The notes beneath the pieces are model-generated. The model was not told the origin of the DNA. It made no database searches and saw only the letters and a list, made by a program, of their open reading frames with translations. Position numbers and translations under genes: made by a program. Shown here in pieces: positions 9,830 to 19,284 of a stretch of DNA of 64,000 nucleotides (position 1 is its first letter; every line of letters starts with the position of its first letter). The stretch covers positions 11,911 through 75,910 of the forward strand of contig JAXSMZ010000001.1 in NCBI GenBank assembly GCA_037924335.1, written 5' to 3'. This DNA comes from Aquificaceae bacterium. GTDB taxonomy: Bacteria > Aquificota > Aquificia > Aquificales > Aquificaceae.

Positions 9830-11406
9830 ACAAGCACCTCGTACCTGTTGTACGGATCTTCCAAAAACATGCCTACGCTTACTCCAGGGTCAAAGGGCTG
9901 GTATTCCTCAAAGGATGATGGAACAAAGACAACATCATCAGCTAAGTTAGGAGTTATCACCACATCAAGCTCAACGCCTCTTATTCTCAACTTCTCCTTC
10001 ACGCTTAGCTTCTTTGCGGTTTCTCTGTTCATATAAGCCTTCTGGTACTTTTCCATCTCGTGGGTCCAAGGAAGCCAGTGCCCCATCTCTTCAACTATGC
10101 TGTTGTCCGTATATATGTAAACACCTTTCTCTGGTTCTTGTACTTCAAGGGAAAAGTCCATGCTTTCCATGTCTGGGATGTCCAGCCCTAAGCCACCAAG
10201 GGAGCTTTTCAAAAGCTCCAAGTCTACTCCGTAGAGGTTCAGAAATCCACGTAAGTCTGCTTTTGTTCCAAACACCTCTGATAGGAAAAGGTAAGGGTCT
10301 ATTCCGTATGGCTCTAAAGTTTTTGGCGAGTAGGAGACAAAGCCAAGGCCATGTCTGTAGTTTATAAACTCCCTTTCCGCAAAGCCCAGAGAGGGTATGA
10401 CCAAAGTTGCATGATGGGCAGTAAAGTTTGGGAAGAGGCTAAAGTGCAAAACAAACTTGCCCTTAAGTTTTTCAATGCTCTCTCTCTTTAAAAACCTGAG
10501 GGGGTTTCCAAAAATAACGATGGAATCAAAGGTCTCAAGCCTTCGGGAAAACTCCTTCAGTCCTTTGGCTGGAAAGGGCATAACATCCCCAACTAAGGAG
10601 TATTCAACTCCAAACTTTTTTCTTAGCTCCCTCAGAAGGTTCACCACCTTACCGCCAAAGTTAGAAAGGAGAAGGGAACTACCTATAAGCAAAAGGGAAC
10701 TTCTAACAGTTACAAGAAATCTCTTTAGGAACCTTGTTATCTCGTTGCTCTCCTCTGGTTCCATGAGCTTTTCCAAGAGCCTTATTCCCTCGTAGGGAGG
10801 GAGAAGGTGCTTCCCTTGAGCTTTTGCCATAAGTGTATCGTACCTTGAGGATATGGATAAGAGATAGGAGCCCTTCTCTACTGCGTCCACTATCCACCTG
10901 GTGGACATAACCTCAGAGTAAACTGGGTAAGCTTCTAAAGTAGTTATAAGCCTTTTATCCTTCCACTCTTGGGGCCTAAGGCTGGAAGCTTTGAAAGGTA
11001 AATAAGGAGCATCGCAGAAGACTTCCTCCGATACTTCCCTTGCAAGAAGATACTCTTCCAATCCCGCCGTTCTGTCTAGTAGGAAGGCTATCTTACCCTT
11101 TAGGTTTTCCTTTGCTATGAAGATGGCATCTTTAAGACTGACCTCTTTAAGTCTGCCTTTTTCCCAAAGGTAGGGCTTTTTTAGCCTAAGAGGGCTATTG
11201 TACAGCTCCTGTATATAAGCTATCCCTTTAGTGCAGAAGCTTCCTATACCGTTGGGGTCTTTGGGATGTCCGTAAAGGTCTATGACTTCTTTGTCTTTTT
11301 TATACAGAATGTATCCGCAGGAACATCCACAACCAGCACAGATACCACAGGATAAAGCATCAAACTTTTTGACCGTTAGGGGCAAGTTGGTGGGTTCTAA
11401 AGCCAT
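9826..11406 (-). CDS. molybdopterin-oxidoreductase-like protein with N-terminal 4Fe-4S motif (short, divergent)
   Basis: CGICAGCGCSCG...GSFCTKG, RLKKP, ATLVIPSLGFAERE, C-terminal dinucleotide-binding-like domain; start moved to ATG 11406 because the longer ORF runs through a tRNA. Confidence 0.75.
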   Translation of the reverse strand: MALEPTNLPLTVKKFDALSCGICAGCGCSCGYILYKKDKEVIDLYGHPKDPNGIGSFCTKGIAYIQELYNSPLRLKKPYLWEKGRLKEVSLKDAIFIAKENLKGKIAFLLDRTAGLEEYLLAREVSEEVFCDAPYLPFKASSLRPQEWKDKRLITTLEAYPVYSEVMSTRWIVDAVEKGSYLLSISSRYDTLMAKAQGKHLLPPYEGIRLLEKLMEPEESNEITRFLKRFLVTVRSSLLLIGSSLLLSNFGGKVVNLLRELRKKFGVEYSLVGDVMPFPAKGLKEFSRRLETFDSIVIFGNPLRFLKRESIEKLKGKFVLHFSLFPNFTAHHATLVIPSLGFAEREFINYRHGLGFVSYSPKTLEPYGIDPYLFLSEVFGTKADLRGFLNLYGVDLELLKSSLGGLGLDIPDMESMDFSLEVQEPEKGVYIYTDNSIVEEMGHWLPWTHEMEKYQKAYMNRETAKKLSVKEKLRIRGVELDVVITPNLADDVVFVPSSFEEYQPFDPGVSVGMFLEDPYNRYEVLV

Positions 11407-11427
11407 CTGAGTTATTATATCAAATAT

Positions 11428-11499
11428 GGGGACGTAGCTCAGTGGGAGAGCGCCTGCATCGCAAGCAGGAGGTCGGGGGTTCAACTCCCCTCGTCTCCA
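11428..11499 (+). tRNA. tRNA-Ala(CGC)
   Basis: GGGGACG/CGTCTCC acceptor stem, anticodon arm CCTGC-ATCGCAA-GCAGG, GTTCAACTC T-loop. Confidence 0.95.
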
Positions 11500-11605
11500 T
11501 GGACTTATCGCTAAACGTGAAAACATTTTTCGCAATACTATTGATACTCATCATAACACTATATGCTATAATATTGTCAAAATTTGATACTATATTAGCT
11601 AAGGA

Positions 11606-12559
11606 GGTGTAGCATGAGTAAAGTGTTTTTTACGTTGTTTGGAGCTCTGTTGTTCGCTGGAATGTCCTTTGCAGAAGAGAAACTTCTGATCTTTGCTGGA
11701 GCTGCAAGCAAGCCACCTACGGAGGAAGCGGCAAAGGCTTTTGAAAAGAAGTATGGGGTCAAGGTGGACATCGTATTTGGGGGGTCTGGTTATGTGCTCA
11801 ATCAGATGATCCTTACCAAGCAAGGAGACTTGTACTTTCCAGGCTCTTCGGATTATATGGAACTGGCAAAGAGGAAAGGAGTAGTCTTTCCAGAGACAGA
11901 GAAGTATGTGGTCTACCTTGTACCCGCGATCAACGTTCAAAAGGGAAACCCTAAGAATATAAGGTCGCTCAAAGACCTCACAAGGCCAGGGCTAAGGGTT
12001 GCCATAGCCAACCCAGAGGGTGTATGTGTTGGAGCTTATGCTGTTGAGATCATAGAGAGGGAGTTTACACCCGAGGAGAAAGCTGCATTTAGAAGGAATT
12101 TGGTAAACTATACAGAAAGCTGCGAAAAGACCGCTACGGCTATTTCTTTAAAGACTGTTGATGCAGTTATTGGTTGGAGCGTATTTGAGCATTGGGATCC
12201 TGAGAGGATAGAGACAGTGCCTCTTAAACCTTCTGAGGTTACACGTGTAGGCTACATTCCCATAGCCATATCAAAGTTTACCAAAAACAGAGAACTAGCG
12301 CAGAAGTTCATAGACTTTCTCCTTTCCAAGGAAGGAAAAAACATCTTCAGAAAGTATCATTACTTCATGACGCCTGAGGAAGCTTTCGCTTGGATAGGTG
12401 AGAAAAAGCAAGTAGGCGGAGAGTATGTTGTGCCGAAAGAATGGCTTAAGAAATGATGTTTAAGAGAGGGGGTGTAGCATGAGTAAAGTGCTTTTTACGT
12501 TGTTTGGAGCTCTGTTGTTCACTGGAATGTCCTTTGCAGAAGAGAAACTTCTGATCTTT
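11606..12559 (+). repeat. 89-bp direct repeat (11606-11694 and 12471-12559) covering the upstream region and signal-peptide code of both modA genes
   Basis: 87/89 identical, offset 865 bp; TGGCTTAAGAAATGA at the 3' ends repeats at the same offset (12442, 13307). Confidence 0.9.
11614..12456 (+). CDS. modA: molybdate ABC transporter substrate-binding protein, paralogue 1
   Basis: Signal peptide, FAGAAS, FGGSG, VQKGNPKNI, IANP motifs; AAGGAGG RBS. Confidence 0.88.
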   Translation: MSKVFFTLFGALLFAGMSFAEEKLLIFAGAASKPPTEEAAKAFEKKYGVKVDIVFGGSGYVLNQMILTKQGDLYFPGSSDYMELAKRKGVVFPETEKYVVYLVPAINVQKGNPKNIRSLKDLTRPGLRVAIANPEGVCVGAYAVEIIEREFTPEEKAAFRRNLVNYTESCEKTATAISLKTVDAVIGWSVFEHWDPERIETVPLKPSEVTRVGYIPIAISKFTKNRELAQKFIDFLLSKEGKNIFRKYHYFMTPEEAFAWIGEKKQVGGEYVVPKEWLKK

Positions 12560-13321
12560 TCAGGAGCTGCTTTTAAAAAGCCTATAGACGATATTGCAAG
12601 TCTTTTTGAAAAAAAAACAGGAATAAAGGTTTATGTCACTTACGGTAGTGTAGAAACTGTTATGTCTCAACTGATATTAGCGAAAAAAGGTGATGTTTTA
12701 ATAGTCCCGTCTCCTGATATTATGGATAGAGCGGTCAAAACAAAACTCGTAAAAAAAGAAAGCATCAAAGAATTTTCTTACCAGGTCCCTACCATATTAG
12801 TTCAGAAGGGTAACCCCAAAAACATTACGGGATTAAAAGACCTGCTGAGGGATGATGTCAAATTTGCTATGGCAAATCCGGAAAGCGTTTATATAGGAAT
12901 GCTCGCTGCGGAAATTTTTGATAAAAATCTATCGGAGGCAGAAAGAGAAGTTTTAAGAAAAAAGATTGTGACTTATGCCGAGGATATTTCAAAGCTCACG
13001 ACATACCTGATTATGAATCAGGTAGATGCAATAGTGGGTTTTGATTTTTTGCACGGTTGGAATCCTGATAAGACAGATATAGTTAAGTTTAAAAGCAATG
13101 AGATCATTCGTATAGGTGCGGGGCAGGCAGGAGTAATCACATATACGACTAACGAAGAAAAGGCAAGGAAGTTTATAGAATTTATGCTATCGGACGACGG
13201 ACAAAGCGTTTTTAAAAAATATGGGTATCTCAGTTCCGAAAAAGATGCCTTTGGTTTTGCAGGGAAAAAAGTAGTCATTGGAGGATCTCCTTCGGTGAGT
13301 AAGGAGTGGCTTAAGAAATGA
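12479..13321 (+). CDS. modA: molybdate/tungstate ABC substrate-binding protein, paralogue 2
   Basis: Near-identical signal peptide, VQKGNPKNITGLKDL, MANP; predicted ligand-proximal segments diverge (FSGAAF, YGSV). Confidence 0.8.
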   Translation: MSKVLFTLFGALLFTGMSFAEEKLLIFSGAAFKKPIDDIASLFEKKTGIKVYVTYGSVETVMSQLILAKKGDVLIVPSPDIMDRAVKTKLVKKESIKEFSYQVPTILVQKGNPKNITGLKDLLRDDVKFAMANPESVYIGMLAAEIFDKNLSEAEREVLRKKIVTYAEDISKLTTYLIMNQVDAIVGFDFLHGWNPDKTDIVKFKSNEIIRIGAGQAGVITYTTNEEKARKFIEFMLSDDGQSVFKKYGYLSSEKDAFGFAGKKVVIGGSPSVSKEWLKK

Positions 13322-14094
13322 CGTTTAAAAGGCTTTCAATATTTTTTGCAGCATCGATCTTCACTCTCTATACTGGACTAGTACTCTCTCTGTTTTACTT
13401 TTTTAAAGGGCACATCTTTGTAGCAACTATCCTTTCAGAAAGAACACTATTCTCCATTAAGATAAGTCTTATAGCTGCAACAATTGCGACCTTGCTATCT
13501 CTTTTTATTGCGCTGCCATCTGCCTATGCCCTTTCTAGGTTTGATTTTAGAGGCAGGGACATTATAGACACTATCCTTGAGCTTCCGATGATAGTATCTC
13601 CCGCTGCACTTGGTGCAATGCTTCTTATATTTTTCAACAATCCTCTTGGTACATGGATTCAGAATAACTTAATACAGTTCGTATTTACTGCATATGGTAT
13701 AATCCTTGCCCAATTCATAACTACCGTTGGGATTGCAACAAGACTAATCAAAGCCGCGATGGATGAGATACCGCAAAGATATGAGGATGTTGCACGCTCG
13801 CTTGGAACCCCACCCCTTAGAGCATTTCTGACTGTCACACTTCCTCTATGTAGTAGAGGTATATTGGCAGCATCCATCCTAACTTGGGCAAAGGCGATCG
13901 GAGAGTTTGGAGCTACAATCATGGTGGCGGGCACAATGGCCATGAAAACAGAAACCCTTCCTATAGCTATATTTATGAGGCTTTCTATGGCAGACATTGA
14001 AGGCACTGTTGCCCTCATAATGGTGCTTGTTGCCATAGGAATAGCTACTCTTTACAGCGTAAAACTTCTGACAAGAAGGATATCGCTCCAATGA
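13318..14094 (+). CDS. modB: molybdate ABC transporter permease
   Basis: LPMIVSP, EDVARSLG (EAA loop), AKAIGEFGAT. Confidence 0.9.
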   Translation: MTFKRLSIFFAASIFTLYTGLVLSLFYFFKGHIFVATILSERTLFSIKISLIAATIATLLSLFIALPSAYALSRFDFRGRDIIDTILELPMIVSPAALGAMLLIFFNNPLGTWIQNNLIQFVFTAYGIILAQFITTVGIATRLIKAAMDEIPQRYEDVARSLGTPPLRAFLTVTLPLCSRGILAASILTWAKAIGEFGATIMVAGTMAMKTETLPIAIFMRLSMADIEGTVALIMVLVAIGIATLYSVKLLTRRISLQ

Positions 14095-15179
14095 TAGATG
14101 TTATAGACCTGCATGTTAAAGTAAGAGCCTTTTCTTTAAAGAATGTATCCCTGAAGGTGCAAACTGGCTCATGCCATTGTCTGATAGGTCCCACTGGATG
14201 TGGCAAAACTACCCTTCTTGAGGCAATCCTTGGTTTGAGGAAGGTCGAAAAGGGAACAGTTCTGCTCGATGGAAAAGATATCACAAACCTACCTCTGCAT
14301 AAAAGGGGTTTCTCTTACGTTCCGCAGGATTTGGCCATATTCCCCCATCTCACGGTAGAGGAGAACATTATCTACGGAATAAAACATAGCAATGTTTCTA
14401 ATAAAAAGAAGAGGTACGATGAGGCCATTAAGTTGGTACACTTGCTTGGTATTGCACATTTACTTAAGAGGAAGGCTGTTAACCTCAGTGGTGGCGAAAA
14501 ACAAAGGGTCGCCCTCGCAAGGGCACTTGCACCAGGACACAAATATCTTCTTCTTGACGAACCTTTATCTGCCCTTCATGAAGGGATGAAAAAAGAGTTA
14601 TGGTTTCTACTTAAGGAATTGCAGAAGAAATATGAGTTTACTATCCTCATGGTAAGCCATGATATGGAGGAGACTTTTTTCTTAGCAGACCATGTAAGCA
14701 TTATGATAGATGGAGTTATTCATCAGTCTGATAGAAAGGATGTGGTCTACCGTTATCCCTCAAACTCTGAGGTAGCAAGGTTCTTTGGTATAAAGAACAT
14801 ATTTAATGGAGATATAAAGGGTAAGGAAGGTGATCACTATAGACTTTACTGTAAAGAACTAAACGGAGAGATACTGTTGCCCATTGATAGAATAAACAAC
14901 ATGCCAGAGAGAGGGAGCATTACATTTGGTATAAGAAGCGAGGATGTTATCATGCTAAGGCCAGACCTGCCTATGAAAAAGGAGAACACCATCACGGGTG
15001 TCGTAAAAGAGATACATCCTGCTGGCTCAAACTCGGTTGTAATGTTCAAACCTGATGGCTCTGATAAACTGATCGAGATAACCATCCCCGACTATGCTTT
15101 TGCAAAGCTTTACCCAAAGCCATCTATGCGTGCAAACATTACTCTAAGAAGTGATAGGCTTTTTGTGCTGAAAAGCTAA
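14091..15179 (+). CDS. modC: molybdate/tungstate ABC transporter ATP-binding protein
   Basis: [23 protein letters not shown]-terminal TOBE-like region. Confidence 0.85.
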   Translation: MIDVIDLHVKVRAFSLKNVSLKVQTGSCHCLIGPTGCGKTTLLEAILGLRKVEKGTVLLDGKDITNLPLHKRGFSYVPQDLAIFPHLTVEENIIYGIKHSNVSNKKKRYDEAIKLVHLLGIAHLLKRKAVNLSGGEKQRVALARALAPGHKYLLLDEPLSALHEGMKKELWFLLKELQKKYEFTILMVSHDMEETFFLADHVSIMIDGVIHQSDRKDVVYRYPSNSEVARFFGIKNIFNGDIKGKEGDHYRLYCKELNGEILLPIDRINNMPERGSITFGIRSEDVIMLRPDLPMKKENTITGVVKEIHPAGSNSVVMFKPDGSDKLIEITIPDYAFAKLYPKPSMRANITLRSDRLFVLKS

Positions 15180-17035
15180 CCCTCATATCTGAGGTAAACT
15201 CCTGCAAGGGGAGGGAGTGTGAGAAGGACCGAGTATGGCCTTCCATGAAAGGGAAAATCCTCAGCGTAAACTCCCTCTGCATCTCCAAAGCCAGAACCTC
15301 CGTAAACTTTTGCATCGCTGTTTATTATTCTTTTCCAGAATCCCTTTTTGGGTACTCCTATCCTGTAGTTCTCCCTTGGGACGGGCGTGAAGTTGAAAAC
15401 GCAAAGGATAAGGTTATCCCTAGATTTTCTTAAAAAGCTTATAACACTCTGCTCGTAGTCAGAAAAATCTATCCACTCAAAGCCTTCCCAGCTGAAGTCT
15501 ATCTCATAGAGTGCTGGGTTCTCTTTTACCATTCCGTTTAGGTCTCTTACTAAATTCTGAACTCCTCTGTGTGTATCCCAGTCAAGGAGGAACCAGTCTA
15601 GGCCTCTGTCGTGGTTCCACTCCTCCCACTGTCCAAACTCTCCCCCCATGAAGAGAAGTTTTTTACCAGGATGAGCGTACATGTAAGTAAAAAGAAGCCT
15701 TAGGTTGGCAAATTTCTGCCACCAGTCTTTTGGCATCTTGCTTATAAGCGAGCCTTTGCCATGAACTACCTCGTCATGGGAGAGAGGGAGGAGGAAGTTC
15801 TCAGAGAAGGCGTACCACATGCTAAAGGTCAAGCTATCATGGTGGTACTTTCTGTGTATTGGGTCCTTAGAAAAGTAATAGAGGGTATCGTGCATCCATC
15901 CCATATTCCATTTCATACCAAAGCCAAGACCTCCCAAGTATGTGGGCCTAGTCACCATAGGCCATGCCGTTGACTCTTCTGCTATGGTTTGAACATGGGG
16001 GAAGTCCCTGTATATACATTCGTTTAGCTTCCTTATAAAATCAATAGCTTCCAAGTTTTCCCTTCCACCGTATACGTTTGGTGTCCATTGACCATCTTTT
16101 CTCGAATAATCAAGATAGAGCATAGAGGCAACAGCATCTACTCTGACAGCATCTATGTGGTACTTTTCAAACCAAAAGTGAGCAGAGCTCAGAAGAAAGG
16201 ACCTTACCTCTGGCTTTGAATAGTCAAAGATATAGCTGTTCCAGTCTGGGTGGTGTCTCTTCCTGTGGTCTTCGTATTCGTAAAGATGAGTTCCGTCAAA
16301 GTAAACCAAGGCGTGGCCATCTGTGGGAAAGTGAGATGGTACCCAGTCAAGCACTACACCTATACCCTCCTGGTGCAGTCTATCAACTAAGTACATAAAG
16401 TCTTGCGGTTTACCGTAGCGTGAAGTGGGGGCAAAGTAACCAGTTGTCTGGTAGCCCCAAGAGCCGTAAAAGGGATGCTCCATGATGGGTAAAAACTCCA
16501 CATGAGTAAAACCCATATGCTTTACGTAATCTACAAGCTCATGAGCAAGTTCCCTGTAGCTTAAAGATTCCCACCCCCTCTTCTTCCAAGAGCCAAGATG
16601 AACCTCGTATATGAGCCAAGGAGAGCTAAGCGAGTTTTCTGTATGTCTTTTTTCAATCCATCCTCTATCGTTCCATGTATAATCCATGTCCCACACTATG
16701 CTTGCCGTTTTTGGTGGTACTTCAAAGAAGAAGCCAAAGGGGTCTGTCTTTTCCGCCTCATAGCCTGTCTTTGAAACTATAAAGTATTTGTAAAGGTCTC
16801 CCGCCTTAGCTTCTGGCACAAAGGCTTCCCATATGCCAGAACCGTCCTCTCTTCTTTTCATAGGGTTTTTGCCTCTGTCCCAATGGTTAAAGCCCCCTAT
16901 AACAGACAGATAAACAGCATTTGGAGCCCACACGGCAAAGTAAACGCCACCATTCAAAGGATGAGCACCCAGCTTATCGTAAAGCCTACAATGAGCCCCT
17001 TCTCTAAAGAGATAAACATCATAGTCTGTGATCAT
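15176..17035 (-). CDS. glgB: 1,4-alpha-glucan branching enzyme
   Basis: [47 protein letters not shown]. Confidence 0.97.
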   Translation of the reverse strand: MITDYDVYLFREGAHCRLYDKLGAHPLNGGVYFAVWAPNAVYLSVIGGFNHWDRGKNPMKRREDGSGIWEAFVPEAKAGDLYKYFIVSKTGYEAEKTDPFGFFFEVPPKTASIVWDMDYTWNDRGWIEKRHTENSLSSPWLIYEVHLGSWKKRGWESLSYRELAHELVDYVKHMGFTHVEFLPIMEHPFYGSWGYQTTGYFAPTSRYGKPQDFMYLVDRLHQEGIGVVLDWVPSHFPTDGHALVYFDGTHLYEYEDHRKRHHPDWNSYIFDYSKPEVRSFLLSSAHFWFEKYHIDAVRVDAVASMLYLDYSRKDGQWTPNVYGGRENLEAIDFIRKLNECIYRDFPHVQTIAEESTAWPMVTRPTYLGGLGFGMKWNMGWMHDTLYYFSKDPIHRKYHHDSLTFSMWYAFSENFLLPLSHDEVVHGKGSLISKMPKDWWQKFANLRLLFTYMYAHPGKKLLFMGGEFGQWEEWNHDRGLDWFLLDWDTHRGVQNLVRDLNGMVKENPALYEIDFSWEGFEWIDFSDYEQSVISFLRKSRDNLILCVFNFTPVPRENYRIGVPKKGFWKRIINSDAKVYGGSGFGDAEGVYAEDFPFHGRPYSVLLTLPPLAGVYLRYEG

Positions 17036-17192
17036 ATGACCTCCTCTCCTTACTCAAAGGAGGAGCTTCCCTTCCTCAGGGCATCACTTCCCTCAGTCCA
17101 GCGGTAAGGCATAGAGAACTGCCTATGCCAGACAGGTTTATGTATTATTATTTTATCACAATTTAAAAGGAGAGCCTTCTTGTGGATGTTTC
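17036..17192 (-). mobile_element. IS200/IS605-derived mini-element with omega-RNA-like scaffold, copy 2, forming the glgB leader
   Basis: Reverse complement aligns with 4154-4300; follows TTTTAC; TGnTAAAAT at 17158-17150; ends GGAGGTCAT directly before the glgB ATG. Confidence 0.75.
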
Positions 17193-17239
17193 GTAAAACT
17201 CATGCAAAAAAAATTTTAATGTATAAAATAAATGGCATT

Positions 17240-17812
17240 ATGGGAAATGTAGAAACGAATTGGGAGCGATTGGAAGGTATCATCGAGGACATCTACAGTT
17301 CTACAAAGCACTTTGATATTGGGTGTTCCCAGCTTAACTGTTTCCTCTGCGCCAAAGGAGGGAAAAGGTCCCCTGAGTGTCAAAGGTTGAACGAAGCCGT
17401 AGTGCTTCTTCCCACTGAGAACCAAATGATAGGGAAGCTCAACTCTGTTAACTTTCCTGAGATAAACGTAAATGGCTTCAGCATAGGATTTTTGGCACCT
17501 GAGCAAGACTGCCCTTTCAACGTAGATGGTTTTTGCGGTATACATGGAAAACATCCCATAGACTGCAGGAGCTTCCCAATAATACCCTCTGTGAGCGAAA
17601 GGGGTGACCTCATCATCTCAATATCCCTCAAGTGTCCAGTCACTCCACCTTGGGAGTTTGTCAAGACTTGGGTGGAAAACTGGAGGAAGCTGTGGGAAGT
17701 TCTTCCAGATGAATGGTTAAAGTTTTACTCTAACGTGCCAACAAATCCAACAAAACCTATAGCCATGTTCAAAGCCGAGGGTCGGTTTAAATGCGATGCA
17801 TCTGATAGATGA
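17240..17812 (+). CDS. YkgJ/FliB-like cysteine-cluster protein
   Basis: CSQLNCFLC...C, CPF...CGIHGKHPIDCRSFP; start uncertain (ATG 17219 or 17240; the 17180 start lies inside the mini-element). Confidence 0.65.
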   Translation: MGNVETNWERLEGIIEDIYSSTKHFDIGCSQLNCFLCAKGGKRSPECQRLNEAVVLLPTENQMIGKLNSVNFPEINVNGFSIGFLAPEQDCPFNVDGFCGIHGKHPIDCRSFPIIPSVSERGDLIISISLKCPVTPPWEFVKTWVENWRKLWEVLPDEWLKFYSNVPTNPTKPIAMFKAEGRFKCDASDR

Positions 17813-18761
17813 GCTCACAAAGAAATTAAATGGACAGTTGGTTCAAACTCACACCAGTTGGGTTGTCCTTTTGGAAGACATAGTGTACAAGATAAAGAAA
17901 CCAGTAAACTTTGGTTTTTTGGACTACTCCACCCTTGAGAAGAGAAAGGAAAACTGCGAAAGAGAAGTGATGCTAAACAAAAGACTCTGTCATAACATTT
18001 ACCTTGGAGTTGTACCCATAAGCCTTGTAGGTGGTAAATACTATATTGAGAACTCTACGAATGTGATTGAGTATGCCGTTAAGATGAGAAGAGTGCCACA
18101 GGAAAGGTTGCTCGTTAACATGCTCAGCAAGGTAAGCGTAGATGATATAAAAAGACTGGCAGAACATATAGCCAACTTTCATATAAAAGCTGAGAGAAGG
18201 GATGATTTTGGAAGGATTGAGGTTATGAAGTTCAACACAGACGAGAACTTCATGCAGACTGAAAAGTACATAGGTATAACTGTAGAGAAGGAAGACTACG
18301 AGCTTATAGTAAGCAAGACAGAAAAGTTCTACAGAAGATACAGTTATCTCTTTGAAAAAAGGATAAAAGACGGTAGGATAAGGGATGGGCATGGAGATAT
18401 GAGGTTGGAGCATGTTGCCTTCCTCAACGATAAGGTCTGCGTCTTTGATTGTATAGAATTCAATGAAAGGTTTAGATGCGGTGATGTTTTAAACGATATG
18501 TGCTTTCTTTCCATGGAGCTTGAATTTTATGGCAAAGATACCCTTGCCAAAGCTTATGAAGAGCGCTATAAGGAAATAACCCAGGATGATGAGTTTGAGG
18601 TCTTTCTTCCTTTCTTTAAATGCTACAGGGCTTATGTAAGAGGTAAAGTGAACAGCTTTCTGCTAGATGACCCAAGCTATCAGGAAAAGGAAAAAGCTAA
18701 AGCTCTTGCAAGTGAGCTTTTCAAACTCAGCAGAAGGTACGCAGAAGAGATATCAGTCTAA
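17796..18761 (+). CDS. aminoglycoside-phosphotransferase/kinase-like protein (COG2187-type)
   Basis: QTHTSWV, YKIKKPVNFGFLDYS, GHGDMRLEH, FDCIEFN, YRAYVRGKV. Confidence 0.8.
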   Translation: MHLIDELTKKLNGQLVQTHTSWVVLLEDIVYKIKKPVNFGFLDYSTLEKRKENCEREVMLNKRLCHNIYLGVVPISLVGGKYYIENSTNVIEYAVKMRRVPQERLLVNMLSKVSVDDIKRLAEHIANFHIKAERRDDFGRIEVMKFNTDENFMQTEKYIGITVEKEDYELIVSKTEKFYRRYSYLFEKRIKDGRIRDGHGDMRLEHVAFLNDKVCVFDCIEFNERFRCGDVLNDMCFLSMELEFYGKDTLAKAYEERYKEITQDDEFEVFLPFFKCYRAYVRGKVNSFLLDDPSYQEKEKAKALASELFKLSRRYAEEISV

Positions 18762-19262
18762 CCACCTTAATGTAATATCATAACCTTCTTTCTTCAGTTT
18801 CTTTCCTACCTTATGCTTCTTGGCAACTACGACCTCATTGCTGGGGTCTATACTCCTTGCCCTTTCAAAATAGGCTTCGGCTTCGTCTTCCCTCCCCATG
18901 TACAGGAGTGTCAAACCTATAGTGGCGTAAACTCTAGCTGTCCATAAATCACCTGGGGAATACCTTACAGCTACAGTAAGCCTGTCATAAGCTTGTGGAT
19001 AGTTGCCACACATACCTTCTGCTACGCCAAGCCAGTAAAGAGCCTCAAAGTTCCTTGGATTCTTTTCCAGAGCCTTGTTAAATTCATGGATGGCTTGCCT
19101 GCAATGACCTTTCCTCAGATGCTTTTTCCCATTCTCCAAAGCCTTTTCTGAGGCTACTGTTAGACCTGGTGGTCTCTCGGGAGAGACGACCACTGTTCTT
19201 TCAGCACAGGAAACAGTCATGGACAGAAGAGCCGAGATTAAAATTAAGCCTTTCCTTTCCAT
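18753..19262 (-). CDS. TPR-repeat lipoprotein
   Basis: Lipobox-like TVSC after a hydrophobic signal; about three TPR units. Confidence 0.75.
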   Translation of the reverse strand: MERKGLILISALLSMTVSCAERTVVVSPERPPGLTVASEKALENGKKHLRKGHCRQAIHEFNKALEKNPRNFEALYWLGVAEGMCGNYPQAYDRLTVAVRYSPGDLWTARVYATIGLTLLYMGREDEAEAYFERARSIDPSNEVVVAKKHKVGKKLKKEGYDITLRWLD

Positions 19263-19284
19263 AGAAAATAAAATAACACGTTAG

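Noticed and set aside
11407..11535. N-terminal extension of the oxidoreductase ORF
   Set aside because: It is the reverse complement of tRNA-Ala(CGC); the real start is ATG 11406 behind TATAAT.
11505..11600. ModE box upstream of modA
   Set aside because: Only a partial ATCGCTA half-site and a weak TGTCAA-N3-TTGATA palindrome; no convincing consensus.
11428..15179. mod operon as a tRNA-integrated island
   Set aside because: No integrase and no duplicated tRNA 3' end seen; modC overlaps glgB directly.
17180..17239. Longer start for the Cys-cluster ORF
   Set aside because: It begins inside the mini-element and crosses the divergent promoter region.
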